From: a virus
Strand: one strand, 5' to 3'
Length of the DNA: 64,000 nt
IMG/VR virus record: IMGVR_UViG_3300042894_006198
Coordinates: 94,311-158,310 of that record
The notes under the pieces: model-generated
What the model was told of the DNA's origin: nothing
What the model saw: only the letters and a program-made list of their open reading frames with translations
Databases searched by the model: none
Program-made: the position numbers and the translations under genes
In this document: one piece after another, positions 1-9,926 of the stretch
Layout: each line of letters opens with the position of its first letter
Numbering within the stretch: position 1 is the first letter of the stretch

Positions 1-932
1 ACTATGGTCAAACATCAGGTAAACAAACAACGAACCAAGTTAGCTCAGGTGGCATGACCACAAGTTTTATTGGTGTAAGAGCCACAGAAAAGCTTGGTGA
101 TGTTACAGCTAGTGCAGTATTGGAAACATTTTTACGTCCTGACACAGCAGCACAAGGTCGTTTTAATGGCGATACATTTTATGCACGTAACGCATACGTT
201 GGATTAAGTTCAAAAGCAGGTGAGATTCAAGTTGGTCGTGTAACGACACCAATGTTTATTTCAACGATTGTTTTTAATTCATTTGGTGATAGTTTTGTTT
301 TTAGCCCAATGGTAACAGCACGTTATGGCGCAAACAACTTCAACTTAGGTGGGGGTGGTTCTGACACAGGTTGGAGCAACAGCGTTTTAGTCAAGACTAA
401 CGCAGGTCCATTGGCACTTACGGGTGTTTATAGTGCAGGTGTTGCAGATGATGCAGCGGGTACAAAACAAGCAGGTAAAAGTGTTGGCGCAATGTTTTTC
501 CAAGGTCCAATCGGTTTAACAGCAACATGGCAAGATGTTGAGCAAGGTGCAGGTAGACCAAGCATGACTTCAACCATTATTGGTGGTAGCTACGATCTTA
601 AGAAAATCAAAATGTTTGCACAGTGGAATCGTGTTGAAAATAGTGATACTATAACAAAAGAAGACAAAGGTTATAGTGTTGGTGCAACAATGCCATTAGG
701 TGGTGGTAATACAGCTATGGTAAGCTATGCTAAGCATGATCATAATTTTACAAACCATAAATCAGGTGAAACAGCATCGTGGGCAATTGGTTTATCACAT
801 GCAATGAGCAAGCGTACAGACGTTTATGCTGCAGTACGTGATACTAATTATACTAATGATGGTTCCGCACGTACAAATGCTGCATGGGCAGATGCTCGTA
901 CAGCAGGAGTTGGTGTACGTCATCGTTTCTAA
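1..932 (+). CDS. Gram-negative general porin (betaproteobacterial OmpC/Porin_4 type), 5'-truncated by the window edge
   Basis: The frame is open upstream of ATG54. It shows porin-like segments (SFIGVRATEKLG, RNAYVGLS, GEIQVGR, SKRTDVYA) and a C-terminal GVRHRF beta-signal. Confidence 0.85.
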   Translation, partial: YGQTSGKQTTNQVSSGGMTTSFIGVRATEKLGDVTASAVLETFLRPDTAAQGRFNGDTFYARNAYVGLSSKAGEIQVGRVTTPMFISTIVFNSFGDSFVFSPMVTARYGANNFNLGGGGSDTGWSNSVLVKTNAGPLALTGVYSAGVADDAAGTKQAGKSVGAMFFQGPIGLTATWQDVEQGAGRPSMTSTIIGGSYDLKKIKMFAQWNRVENSDTITKEDKGYSVGATMPLGGGNTAMVSYAKHDHNFTNHKSGETASWAIGLSHAMSKRTDVYAAVRDTNYTNDGSARTNAAWADARTAGVGVRHRF

Positions 933-952
933 TTTAAATACAAATTTAAATG

Positions 953-980
953 AAAAAAGGGGGCAATGCCCTCTTTTTTT
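953..980 (+). terminator. Intrinsic terminator, possibly bidirectional
   Basis: AAAAAAGGGGGC-AAT-GCCCTCTTTTTTT hairpin with a U-tract, directly after the porin. Confidence 0.8.
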
Positions 981-1255
981 ATAAGTATAGGTATGCTACA
1001 CAGTGTGTATGAGTGGTCAGACAAGCGTAAAGAATTGTATAATCACATAGTCAATTTAAATGGCTATTACGGTGATGCACATAAATTACTTAAAAATATT
1101 GACAATTTAGTACGTGAATTGAACATGTTAAATGTAAGATTTCGTAATCGAATTGAGCCAACTATATTACAAAAAGAAAAAATGTCTCAAATTAACAACG
1201 CAATCGATATGTTGGAAAAATGGCTACTTGTTGTTACTTTAACTGAATAAAAGCC

Positions 1256-1284
1256 TTGACAAGTATACCTAAGTTCGCTAATAT
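1256..1284 (+). promoter_or_regulatory. sigma70-type early promoter
   Basis: TTGACA-17 nt-TAATAT upstream of the MoxR gene. Confidence 0.7.
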
Positions 1285-1332
1285 ACACATATTGCATGAG
1301 GCAATGATCTAGACACTTTCTAAGGATTACAA

Positions 1333-2487
1333 ATGGGAAAAATTGATACTAGTTTTAGCTTGACAATCGATGAAGCAGAATCTGCTCTGCATAGTCTTAT
1401 TGATACCAAACTTTCAATGTTTTTATGGGGTCCCCCAGGTATCGGTAAATCAGACCTAATTCGTACGATTGCACGTAAAAATAATTGGGCAGTACGTGAA
1501 GTACGTTTGGGTCAGATTGATCCAACGGATATTAAAGGTATTCCCTTCTTTAACGCAGATAAAACTTATTTTGCGTATAATGAAAACACTAAAGAGTTTG
1601 AAGAAACCAAAGGTACCCTTGATTGGGCACCACCATCAGAGTTTCCTGATGCTAAATTTGCTGAACAATATGAGCGTGTTATTCTGTTCTTGGATGAAAT
1701 GAACGTTGCCGCACCTACTGTTCAAGCTGCTGCTTATCAACTTGTGCTTGATCGTCGTGTTGGTAAGTATCGTGTACCTGACAATGTAATTATCGTTGCC
1801 GCAGGTAATCGTGATAGTGACAAAGGTGTTACTTATCGTATGCCATCACCCCTATCAAACCGTTTTGTTCATATGGATGTTCGCCCTGACTTTACAGTAT
1901 GGCAAACATGGGCAGTACAAAACAACGTTCACAAGGATGTAGTTGGTTACTTGTCATTCGCCAAAAATGACATGTACGATTTTGATGGTCGTAACAGTGG
2001 ACACGCATTTGCTACACCTCGTAGTTGGTGCGCTGTAAGTAAAATTCTACAGGAATGCGATAAGATTCCCTCAGAATTGCTTACTAAAATTGTTGCGGGT
2101 ACGATTGGTGAAGGTCTTGCAGTAAAGTTTATGGCACACCGTAAGCTTGTTGATAAGATGCCCGACCCTATGGATATTCTTGAAGGTAAAGTAAGTGAAC
2201 TTCAAGTAAAAGAAGTTAGTGCCATGTACTCACTAACAGTCAGTATGTGTTACGAATTAAAAGATTTGAGCGATAACAACAAAGTTGCTTCGAAAAAGTT
2301 TCATGAAATGTGTGACAACTTCTTCAAGTTTATGATGGATAATTTCGAAACTGAGTTGGTTATTATGGGTGCTAGGATTGCGCTAAAAACTTACAAGTTA
2401 AACATGGATCCAACCCAACTAAAGACTTTGACAGACTTCCATAAAAAATATGGTAAGTACATCAAGGAAGCAATATCAGCAAAGTAA
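1333..2487 (+). CDS. MoxR-family AAA+ ATPase
   Basis: Walker A GPPGIGKS, Walker B LFLDE, AAGNR sensor and LSNRF arginine finger. It is adjacent to a VWA gene. Confidence 0.85.
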   Translation: MGKIDTSFSLTIDEAESALHSLIDTKLSMFLWGPPGIGKSDLIRTIARKNNWAVREVRLGQIDPTDIKGIPFFNADKTYFAYNENTKEFEETKGTLDWAPPSEFPDAKFAEQYERVILFLDEMNVAAPTVQAAAYQLVLDRRVGKYRVPDNVIIVAAGNRDSDKGVTYRMPSPLSNRFVHMDVRPDFTVWQTWAVQNNVHKDVVGYLSFAKNDMYDFDGRNSGHAFATPRSWCAVSKILQECDKIPSELLTKIVAGTIGEGLAVKFMAHRKLVDKMPDPMDILEGKVSELQVKEVSAMYSLTVSMCYELKDLSDNNKVASKKFHEMCDNFFKFMMDNFETELVIMGARIALKTYKLNMDPTQLKTLTDFHKKYGKYIKEAISAK

Positions 2488-2574
2488 TCGTCTAGATCAA
2501 GGGGGCTGAAATGCCCCCACTTGATTTAAATTATTACCTATGTTATGATACTGCTATTACCTAAAGGAACATTT

Positions 2575-3870
2575 ATGACAACCACTGCAAATACCAAAGA
2601 AAACAAAAAACTTAAAAAAGAATTTGAAGATTTGATCGGTCCTTTTGATCCTGTAATAGATCGTGAAGCACGTGATATTCTTACAAGCGCACGTGTCGCA
2701 TTGTTACTTAAGCATTCATTTTTTGGTAATCTTGCTACCCGTTTGAAGTTAATCAATGGGGATGAATGGTTAGCTACAGCAGCAACCGATGGTAAGCGTT
2801 TTTACTACAATAGTCGTTTTATTAAAAAGCTTACACGTGGTGAAGTAGAGTTTCTAGTTGGGCATGAGGTGCTACACGTTGTATATGACCATATCGGTAG
2901 GATCGGTCACCGTGACCGTCAAATGTTTAATATTGCCAATGACTATGCGGTTAACGCTGACCTTAAACGACACAATGTAGGTACTTTTATTACCACTGTA
3001 CCATGTTTGTATGAAGCTAAGTATGATGGTAAATCGTCTGAAGAAATTTATGATGATTTAATGAAGAACATCAAAACTATTAGTATGGATGCACTGATCG
3101 ATAAAATGATCGATGAACACCTTGAAGGTGATGGTGAAGGTGAGTCTGATGGTGATGATGGAGATATGGATAAAACAGGTCGAAGCAAGAACGGACCTAA
3201 GAAGATGACTGATGCTGAGCGTGAGGAATTGCGTCAGGAAATTAAACAAAATATCATCAATGCCGCACGTAGTAGCGAAGCAGGTTCAATTCCTAGGGGT
3301 GTTGAGCGCATGATTAAGGACATTACCGATCCTAAAATGCCTTGGAGAGAATTGCTTCAAACTAACATTGTTTCTACCTTGCGTGATGATTACACTTTCC
3401 TACGTCCAAGCAAGCGTGGTTGGCATCTTGATGCTATCTTACCCTCTATGAACTTTAGCGAAGAAATTGATATTTGCGTAGCGATTGATATGAGTGGTAG
3501 TATCAGTGATGCACAAGGTAAGGATTTTCTTAGTGAAATTCAAGGTATCATGGATATGTTCAGTCATTACAAAATTCATGTATTTTCATTCGATACTAAA
3601 TGCTATAACTTGCAAGAGTTTAATTCAGATAACATGGATAGCATTACTGAGTATCAGTTAAAAGGTGGTGGTGGAACAGACTTTGATGCAATTTTTAACT
3701 TCCTTAAAGATGAAGCTATCGAGCCTAAACGATTGGTAGTTTTTACGGATGGTTATCCTTGTGGATCATGGGGTGATGCAAATTATTGTGATACAACGTG
3801 GATTATCCATGGTGATAAAAATCCTAACCCACCTTTTGGGACATGGGCACTTTATGATGATCAAAAGTAA
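2575..3870 (+). CDS. Metallopeptidase-like (HExxH) + VWA domain protein, MoxR partner
   Basis: AATDG, HEVLH, MIDAS DMSGS, GGGTDF and FTDG motifs. SD AAGGA precedes ATG2575. Confidence 0.8.
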   Translation: MTTTANTKENKKLKKEFEDLIGPFDPVIDREARDILTSARVALLLKHSFFGNLATRLKLINGDEWLATAATDGKRFYYNSRFIKKLTRGEVEFLVGHEVLHVVYDHIGRIGHRDRQMFNIANDYAVNADLKRHNVGTFITTVPCLYEAKYDGKSSEEIYDDLMKNIKTISMDALIDKMIDEHLEGDGEGESDGDDGDMDKTGRSKNGPKKMTDAEREELRQEIKQNIINAARSSEAGSIPRGVERMIKDITDPKMPWRELLQTNIVSTLRDDYTFLRPSKRGWHLDAILPSMNFSEEIDICVAIDMSGSISDAQGKDFLSEIQGIMDMFSHYKIHVFSFDTKCYNLQEFNSDNMDSITEYQLKGGGGTDFDAIFNFLKDEAIEPKRLVVFTDGYPCGSWGDANYCDTTWIIHGDKNPNPPFGTWALYDDQK

Positions 3871-4123
3871 TGGATACCTTTTGGTCTAATACATTCAGTG
3901 CAAAGAAAGTGGGTTCTTACAATTCTTTCCTTACCTCAAATGGTGAGGAAAGAATTTACAAATCAGTTAGTAATGGCGTAACCGTACATGAGTGGGATTT
4001 TTCTCAAAATTGTGCAGGTCTAAATTTAGAGGATTATTTAAATTGTAGGGATTTGGCTAAAACTGATGAACGTTTAGCTAAATTGTTAATTGAACTTGAA
4101 ACCATTTATTTTTTGTTAAAAAA

Positions 4124-4456
4124 ATGAGTAATACATTTAATTACATAGCAAGTTGGGATGAATTTGGTTTAGAAGCATTAATTAATGTTTCCAAAATTGA
4201 TGAGAACAATGTTTGGAAAATATTAAAAGATGAAAGAACACAAACAGTGCCATTGCGTCAATTAATTTTGCGAGCACAATTTAATCCACAACGTGCATAT
4301 GAAATATACGCATTTGTCTCTCCTTTAACCGAAGAAGATATAAGGTTATGTTTTGAGCATACACCACAAGTTATTGTTGAACAGATTAGGCAAGTTGGAC
4401 ATAAATTTTTCTCTAATTATAATCCACACATTAAAAGTAAAATAAAAATCACATAA
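4124..4456 (+). CDS. Hypothetical phage protein
   Basis: ORF coupled to the previous ORF by an ATGA overlap. Confidence 0.55.
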   Translation: MSNTFNYIASWDEFGLEALINVSKIDENNVWKILKDERTQTVPLRQLILRAQFNPQRAYEIYAFVSPLTEEDIRLCFEHTPQVIVEQIRQVGHKFFSNYNPHIKSKIKIT

Positions 4457-4503
4457 TACTATGCTCCTAAATATTTGTGGTACTAGATATTAGGAGAATA
4501 CCA

Positions 4504-5211
4504 ATGGCAAGATTTATCAAACATATTGGAACGCATGGTGATCGTAAAGTAGCAGTAGTTTTCAGACAGGTTCCTAACGAAGAACATATGTGCTTAGTCG
4601 TATATACACAATTGTTAAATCAAAATATCCACGATCCACTTATGTCTACGATAGAAAGTGATATTGGACAACATAGTAAAGAACTTGCTGATGCATTGAA
4701 TCGAACACATACACGTGACGGTAAGATTATTTTACAAGTGTTACATCAAGAAGGTATGCTTAAAAAAGTTAATACTGAACAAATTGTAATGACCCCTGCA
4801 CCAAGACAAACAATACGCTTAAATGAACTTAATCGTTTATTAAATGAAATGGAACAAGGAGAACAAGCTGTACGTCGATTAGCTGAAATTGATGCAAGCA
4901 AGGGATTACAAGATCCTGTTGATATAGCCAAGCGTATGCGTGGTGAAACACCTGCTGCAGATCGTTTAATGGGTACTAAAGAAACATTGGGTGATAATGA
5001 ACTAGCCAATAATTTGCGTCAGCAAGCAGCTAGAATGAGTTCTGAGGCTAAAGGTTTATTAGCTGAAGCTGATAGACTAATGAAAGAAGCTGCATCTATG
5101 GAAGGTATTATAGTTGAATCTAAACCTCCAAGGGCTAAGAAAACTGTTAAAGCTGCACCTGCTAAAAAACGTGCAGCACGTGTGTCAAAGGCTACACAAG
5201 CCGTTAGCTAA
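4504..5211 (+). CDS. Hypothetical protein with a basic Lys/Ala-rich tail
   Basis: SD AGGAG before ATG4504 and an upstream CTAAATA. The C-terminus reads KPPRAKKTVKAAPAKKRAAR. Confidence 0.65.
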   Translation: MARFIKHIGTHGDRKVAVVFRQVPNEEHMCLVVYTQLLNQNIHDPLMSTIESDIGQHSKELADALNRTHTRDGKIILQVLHQEGMLKKVNTEQIVMTPAPRQTIRLNELNRLLNEMEQGEQAVRRLAEIDASKGLQDPVDIAKRMRGETPAADRLMGTKETLGDNELANNLRQQAARMSSEAKGLLAEADRLMKEAASMEGIIVESKPPRAKKTVKAAPAKKRAARVSKATQAVS

Positions 5212-5216
5212 TTATT

Positions 5217-5513
5217 ATGTCTCCTGAAGTATTCAAAAAATGGGAAGAAATTGTTGATGATGTTGAAAAAATTAAAATTCCTGTTGAATTCATCAAAAAG
5301 TTAATTATTAAACTTGAGGGTAGAAGGCAACGTACTCTTAATATTCAATCATTGGTCAGATCAGGACATGATAATGATGAAATTGAAGAAATTATATCCG
5401 CAAAGTTACAAGAACTTGATGATGAAATGATTAGTATAGAATTTATTTTAGATATCGAAAACATTGCTGAAACCGTACAACCTACAACAGATGATCTTTT
5501 AAAAGGTTTGTAA
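5217..5513 (+). CDS. Hypothetical phage protein
   Basis: Co-oriented ORF 5 nt after the previous stop codon. Confidence 0.6.
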   Translation: MSPEVFKKWEEIVDDVEKIKIPVEFIKKLIIKLEGRRQRTLNIQSLVRSGHDNDEIEEIISAKLQELDDEMISIEFILDIENIAETVQPTTDDLLKGL

Positions 5514-5580
5514 ACTAGGATAAGTTCATGTTTGATTTTATAAAATGTATATGTATAATACATAATTAAAAGGATCAAAC

Positions 5581-6270
5581 ATGAATGTAAAATTAGTATC
5601 TTATTCTCAACCAACAGAAGAATTTAAAAGTCTTGGTCTTGAAGATGCCCAAGATTTAATTGCATATTGTGCAAGAGTTAGTAATCCATCTAACCAATTT
5701 AACACTGAAACTAGTGATAAACTTATACGTTATCTTATTAAGAACGCACATTGGTCACCCTTAGAAATGGTTAGTGCATGTATGGAAATTACAACCACAC
5801 GTGATATCGCTAGGCAAATATTGCGTCATCGTTCATTTTCATTTCAAGAATTTTCACAGCGGTATGCAGACCCAACTAAAGATTTAAATTTTGTTGTACG
5901 TGAGGCACGTTTACAAGACACCAAAAATCGACAAAATAGTATTGAGTTAGGTAACACAATTGAACATGGTGTACTGCATGATGAATGGGTTAAAAAACAA
6001 CAAGAAGTAATTAAAGCTGCAAAAAATGCTTATACATGGGCTGTTATTAATGGTATTGCTAAAGAACAATCACGTGCAGTATTGCCTGAAGGATTAATGG
6101 AAAGCAGGTTATACATGAATGGTACTATTCGTTCGTGGATACATTTTATCGAACTACGCAGTGGTAATGGTACACAAAAAGAACATCAATTAATCGCACA
6201 AGAATGTGCAAAAGTTATCGCACATGTCTTCCCTATGGCAACCGAGTTGGTCAGCAATGTCACAGCTTAA
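5581..6270 (+). CDS. thyX: Flavin-dependent thymidylate synthase
   Basis: ThyX signature RHRSFSFQEFSQRY, plus HWSPLE and EQSRAVLP. Confidence 0.93.
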   Translation: MNVKLVSYSQPTEEFKSLGLEDAQDLIAYCARVSNPSNQFNTETSDKLIRYLIKNAHWSPLEMVSACMEITTTRDIARQILRHRSFSFQEFSQRYADPTKDLNFVVREARLQDTKNRQNSIELGNTIEHGVLHDEWVKKQQEVIKAAKNAYTWAVINGIAKEQSRAVLPEGLMESRLYMNGTIRSWIHFIELRSGNGTQKEHQLIAQECAKVIAHVFPMATELVSNVTA

Positions 6271-6557
6271 AAATTTACTTGAACCTACTAATGGCGAAGG
6301 AACGTATTTGCAAGATAACGTTAATTATGTAGAAGTGTGTAGGTTTAGTATGGGTGATGTAGAAGATCCTGAACTATACGCAGCACAACCTCTTTATGAA
6401 TGGTTGCAAACTGAAAAAGGTAAATGGGTTAAAGAGTATAGCAGCGATATGATATATTCAATTATACCTGATGTTGAATATTATGGCTATCGTTGTGTTG
6501 TACGTGCAGCATTTAATAATAATGCATTAGATTTATATATATTAAAGTGGAAATAAT

Positions 6558-7523
6558 ATGATTTTTGTAACAGGTGGGCTAGGATTTATTGGACATAATG
6601 TCGTACGACAATTAGAAAAACGTAATCATGAAGTACGAATTATTGATAATTGTACTGATTATACTTTTATACCAAAAGACGAATTGGCTTATCTTATTAA
6701 AGAACGTAAACGAGAAATCAACTCTATCCTACACAATTTTCATATTGCAGATAAACAATTACATATGGTCTTTAATATGTTAAAACCTCATACTGTAATA
6801 CATCTTGCTTCAATGCCACGTTCTAAAATCGTTAATAAAAACCCTACTCTTGGTGCATATACAATGATAGAAGGGTTATTGAACTTGTTAGAACTATGCA
6901 AAAATCATAGCGTAAAGCGTTTTGTTTATGTTAGTAGTAGCATGGTATATGGTGATTGGAATGGATGTATTGATGAATCACATCCTACTAACCCTAAAGA
7001 TATATACGGTACCTTAAAATTAACAGGTGAAAAACTTGTTAAGTTATGGGCAGAACAAAACAACCATGAGTATACTATATTACGCCCAAGTGCGGTGTAC
7101 GGACCATTAGACGTTGAGGATAGAGTATTAAGTAAGTTTTTACTTAATGCTATGCGTGGTCAAGACATTATGGTAGAAGGTGAAAATGAAGTTTTAGACT
7201 TTAGTTATGTTGAAGATGTAGCATGGGGTATTACTAGTGCTGCATTATCCAAAAATACTGTGAATAAAACATACAATATTACTAGAAATCAGCCTAGTCA
7301 AATTACGTTACATGATGCAGCTAAGTTAGCTGTAGAGATAGTGGGTAAGGGAAATATTACAATTCATCCAAAAAATATTGCTTATCCAAGTAGAGGTAAG
7401 TTAAACTCAGAATTAGCAAAACAAGACTTTGGGTATAATCCATATGTTGACCTTGAAATCGGTTTGGAATGCTATCATAAGTGGCTCGCAGACAGCACCT
7501 ATTGGCAATCAAAAATTAAATAA
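6558..7523 (+). CDS. NAD-dependent nucleotide-sugar epimerase/dehydratase (extended SDR)
   Basis: TGGLGFIG Rossmann motif, SSSMVYG, YGTLK (YxxxK) and DFSYVED. Confidence 0.9.
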   Translation: MIFVTGGLGFIGHNVVRQLEKRNHEVRIIDNCTDYTFIPKDELAYLIKERKREINSILHNFHIADKQLHMVFNMLKPHTVIHLASMPRSKIVNKNPTLGAYTMIEGLLNLLELCKNHSVKRFVYVSSSMVYGDWNGCIDESHPTNPKDIYGTLKLTGEKLVKLWAEQNNHEYTILRPSAVYGPLDVEDRVLSKFLLNAMRGQDIMVEGENEVLDFSYVEDVAWGITSAALSKNTVNKTYNITRNQPSQITLHDAAKLAVEIVGKGNITIHPKNIAYPSRGKLNSELAKQDFGYNPYVDLEIGLECYHKWLADSTYWQSKIK

Positions 7524-8661
7524 TAGTATACCATTCGTTCGTTTAGATCGACAATATCAATTACTAAAAGATGAATTATTAACTGCTACTAATGACGTAT
7601 TGAAAAGTGGCAAATTAGTCAATGGTAAGTATAAGTTTGATTTAGAAGAGTATTTTTGTGATTATTTAAATTGTAAACATGCATTTGCAGTACACAGTGG
7701 TACGCAAGCTTTAGAAATAATTGCTGAAGCTAACAAGTTAATATCATCCTATAGAAAGAAAGATAATCATGTTATCTTACCTGATGTTAGCTATAAAGCT
7801 ACCTTACATGCTTTTATAAGACAAGGTTACAAAGTAACATTAGTTGATGTTGACGCATATGGTATGATGAAGTGGGATGAAGTTACAAAAATTATTGAAC
7901 AAAATCCTGATATTATCTATGATATTTGTGTTGTAGGATTGTATGGTGCCAAACCATACTATAGTAATCACAAAGAAAATGATTTAAGATATAAAGCACT
8001 AAGCATGATTGCTTTACGTGGTGGTAAAGTATTTGAGGATGGAGCACAGCATTGGCTAAGTGGTAGAAGCGAAATGAGTGCAGCTATGGCAATAAGTTTA
8101 GATCCAACGAAAAACTTAAATGCTAGTGGTAATGGTGGCGTTATTGTTTGTAGTAGTGATGATTTAGCAAATCATATTAGAGCAATTTGCAAAAATGGTT
8201 CAGAAAATAGCATTTATGCTACACAATTAGGAACCAATAGTAAGTTAAGTGAAATTGATTGTGCACATGTTTTAGTACGTACTAAGCATATTGAAGCATG
8301 GCAACAACGTAGAAAAGATATTGCTGCCTATTATATGCGTGAATTTGCTAAGCATAATATTGAAAACTTATGTGAATCAAAAGAAGAACGTATGTATGCA
8401 TATCATAGCGTTAACAAGTTTGCGATTAGTGTAGAGAATCGTGATCGTTTACAAGAATATTTACAGTTACATGGTATAGAGACTAAAATACATTATAAAC
8501 AAAATTTATCAAGACATAGATTAGCTAAGAATAACTGTTCCTTTTTAGAGAATTCTTGGCAATTTTGCGCACATACATTATCATTACCTATCTATCCTGA
8601 ATTAACTGATGGTGAAGTTGAGCGAATAACACAGACAATTATTAAATTCATGCATAAATAA
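7429..8661 (+). CDS. DegT/DnrJ/EryC1/StrS PLP-dependent sugar aminotransferase (true start uncertain)
   Basis: SGTQALE, EDGAQ, SLDPTKNL (PLP lysine) and LSLPIYP. Confidence 0.88.
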   Translation: MGIIHMLTLKSVWNAIISGSQTAPIGNQKLNNSIPFVRLDRQYQLLKDELLTATNDVLKSGKLVNGKYKFDLEEYFCDYLNCKHAFAVHSGTQALEIIAEANKLISSYRKKDNHVILPDVSYKATLHAFIRQGYKVTLVDVDAYGMMKWDEVTKIIEQNPDIIYDICVVGLYGAKPYYSNHKENDLRYKALSMIALRGGKVFEDGAQHWLSGRSEMSAAMAISLDPTKNLNASGNGGVIVCSSDDLANHIRAICKNGSENSIYATQLGTNSKLSEIDCAHVLVRTKHIEAWQQRRKDIAAYYMREFAKHNIENLCESKEERMYAYHSVNKFAISVENRDRLQEYLQLHGIETKIHYKQNLSRHRLAKNNCSFLENSWQFCAHTLSLPIYPELTDGEVERITQTIIKFMHK

Positions 8662-8665
8662 GTTT

Positions 8666-9172
8666 ATGTGGATATTATCATTATTGCCTGAGTGGGTTAT
8701 ACATGCTATTTTTATGGTAGGTGTGTTGGGTGTTATCCTAGGATTTGTTTTAGGATTTTTACCATTTTTAGGAAAATACAAATTGGCTATACAAATTATT
8801 AGTGTGCTTATATTAGCATTTGGTGTGTATCTTGAAGGTGGATTTGCTAATGAACAACTTTGGCAAATGAAAGTCAAAGAAATGGAAGTCAAAGTAAAAG
8901 AAGCTGAAGTTAAGGCTGCGCAAAAGAATGTAGAAATACAAGAAAAAGTAGTAACTCAAACACAAATTGTAAAAGAAAAAGGTCAAGACATTATTAAATA
9001 TGTGGATAGATATAGAGATCGTGAAGTATTAAAGACTATTGAAGGACCTGAACGTGTTAAAGTTGAAGAAGTAATTAAGTTTGTAGAAAATTGTCCTATT
9101 CCACAAGATATAATTGATGCACATAATTCTGCTGCTAAAATGAATGAAGCAGCAAAAGGTGATAAAAAATGA
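8666..9172 (+). CDS. Putative inner-membrane spanin (Rz-like)
   Basis: N-terminal transmembrane helices, a coiled-coil and a late Cys (CPIP). It is coupled to a lipoprotein gene. Confidence 0.6.
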   Translation: MWILSLLPEWVIHAIFMVGVLGVILGFVLGFLPFLGKYKLAIQIISVLILAFGVYLEGGFANEQLWQMKVKEMEVKVKEAEVKAAQKNVEIQEKVVTQTQIVKEKGQDIIKYVDRYRDREVLKTIEGPERVKVEEVIKFVENCPIPQDIIDAHNSAAKMNEAAKGDKK

Positions 9173-9477
9173 CAATCTCTAAAGATTTACGTTTTTTAAT
9201 CGTTGTGTGCTTTATTATGTTATTAATGACATTAGGTGGTTGCTCATTATTCGAAAAGCAACCTATCCCTGTCAAGCGTGAATTTCCACAAGCTACGCCT
9301 GAGCTAATGAAAAAATGTGAGCAACTTAAAACTATACAGGGTGATAAAGTTGCGATTACTGAAATGTTAAAAACTGTTGTAGAAAACTATACGTTATATT
9401 ATCAATGCTCAACCAAAGTAGAAGGTTGGCAAGAATGGTATAGTGAACAGAAAAAGATTTTTGATGAAGTCAAATGA
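9169..9477 (+). CDS. Putative outer-membrane spanin lipoprotein (Rz1-like)
   Basis: Lipobox LGGC, Pro-rich segment and two further Cys. ATGA overlap with the i-spanin candidate. Confidence 0.6.
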   Translation: MTISKDLRFLIVVCFIMLLMTLGGCSLFEKQPIPVKREFPQATPELMKKCEQLKTIQGDKVAITEMLKTVVENYTLYYQCSTKVEGWQEWYSEQKKIFDEVK

Positions 9478-9671
9478 AAGTTGCAGACATAACAAAAGAT
9501 TATAAATTGTATATGGCTAAAGTCACCGTAAAGCAACTTGGATACAGTGGTCAGGTTGAATTTACTGTAACTGCGCAAAACTTAAACATGGCTAAAATTC
9601 TAATGAAACGACAATATAATTTACAAGATCATCAAATTGGCTCGATAAGAGAAGTCAAGTAAGGAATTATT

Positions 9672-9926
9672 ATGAAAAACATTGCAATAATTGGTTTCGT
9701 AGTGTTGTTAGCAGGATGTGCATCAAGTAAAGATCAACTATATTATGATGCAGCCAAATCGATTAGCAAAGACAATACTATGAGTCAAACTGCTTGTTGG
9801 GCAGCTATTTCAGATATTGCTAAAGGTGGTAGTGAAGGTGCTAAAGTTGGTGCAATCAGTTTAGCAGACAAGTGCAAGAACGAACCCGTAAAGATTGAAC
9901 GTCCTAGAAATTGGATGGGACTATAA
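9672..9926 (+). CDS. Small lipoprotein
   Basis: Signal peptide with lipobox LAGC. Confidence 0.7.
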   Translation: MKNIAIIGFVVLLAGCASSKDQLYYDAAKSISKDNTMSQTACWAAISDIAKGGSEGAKVGAISLADKCKNEPVKIERPRNWMGL

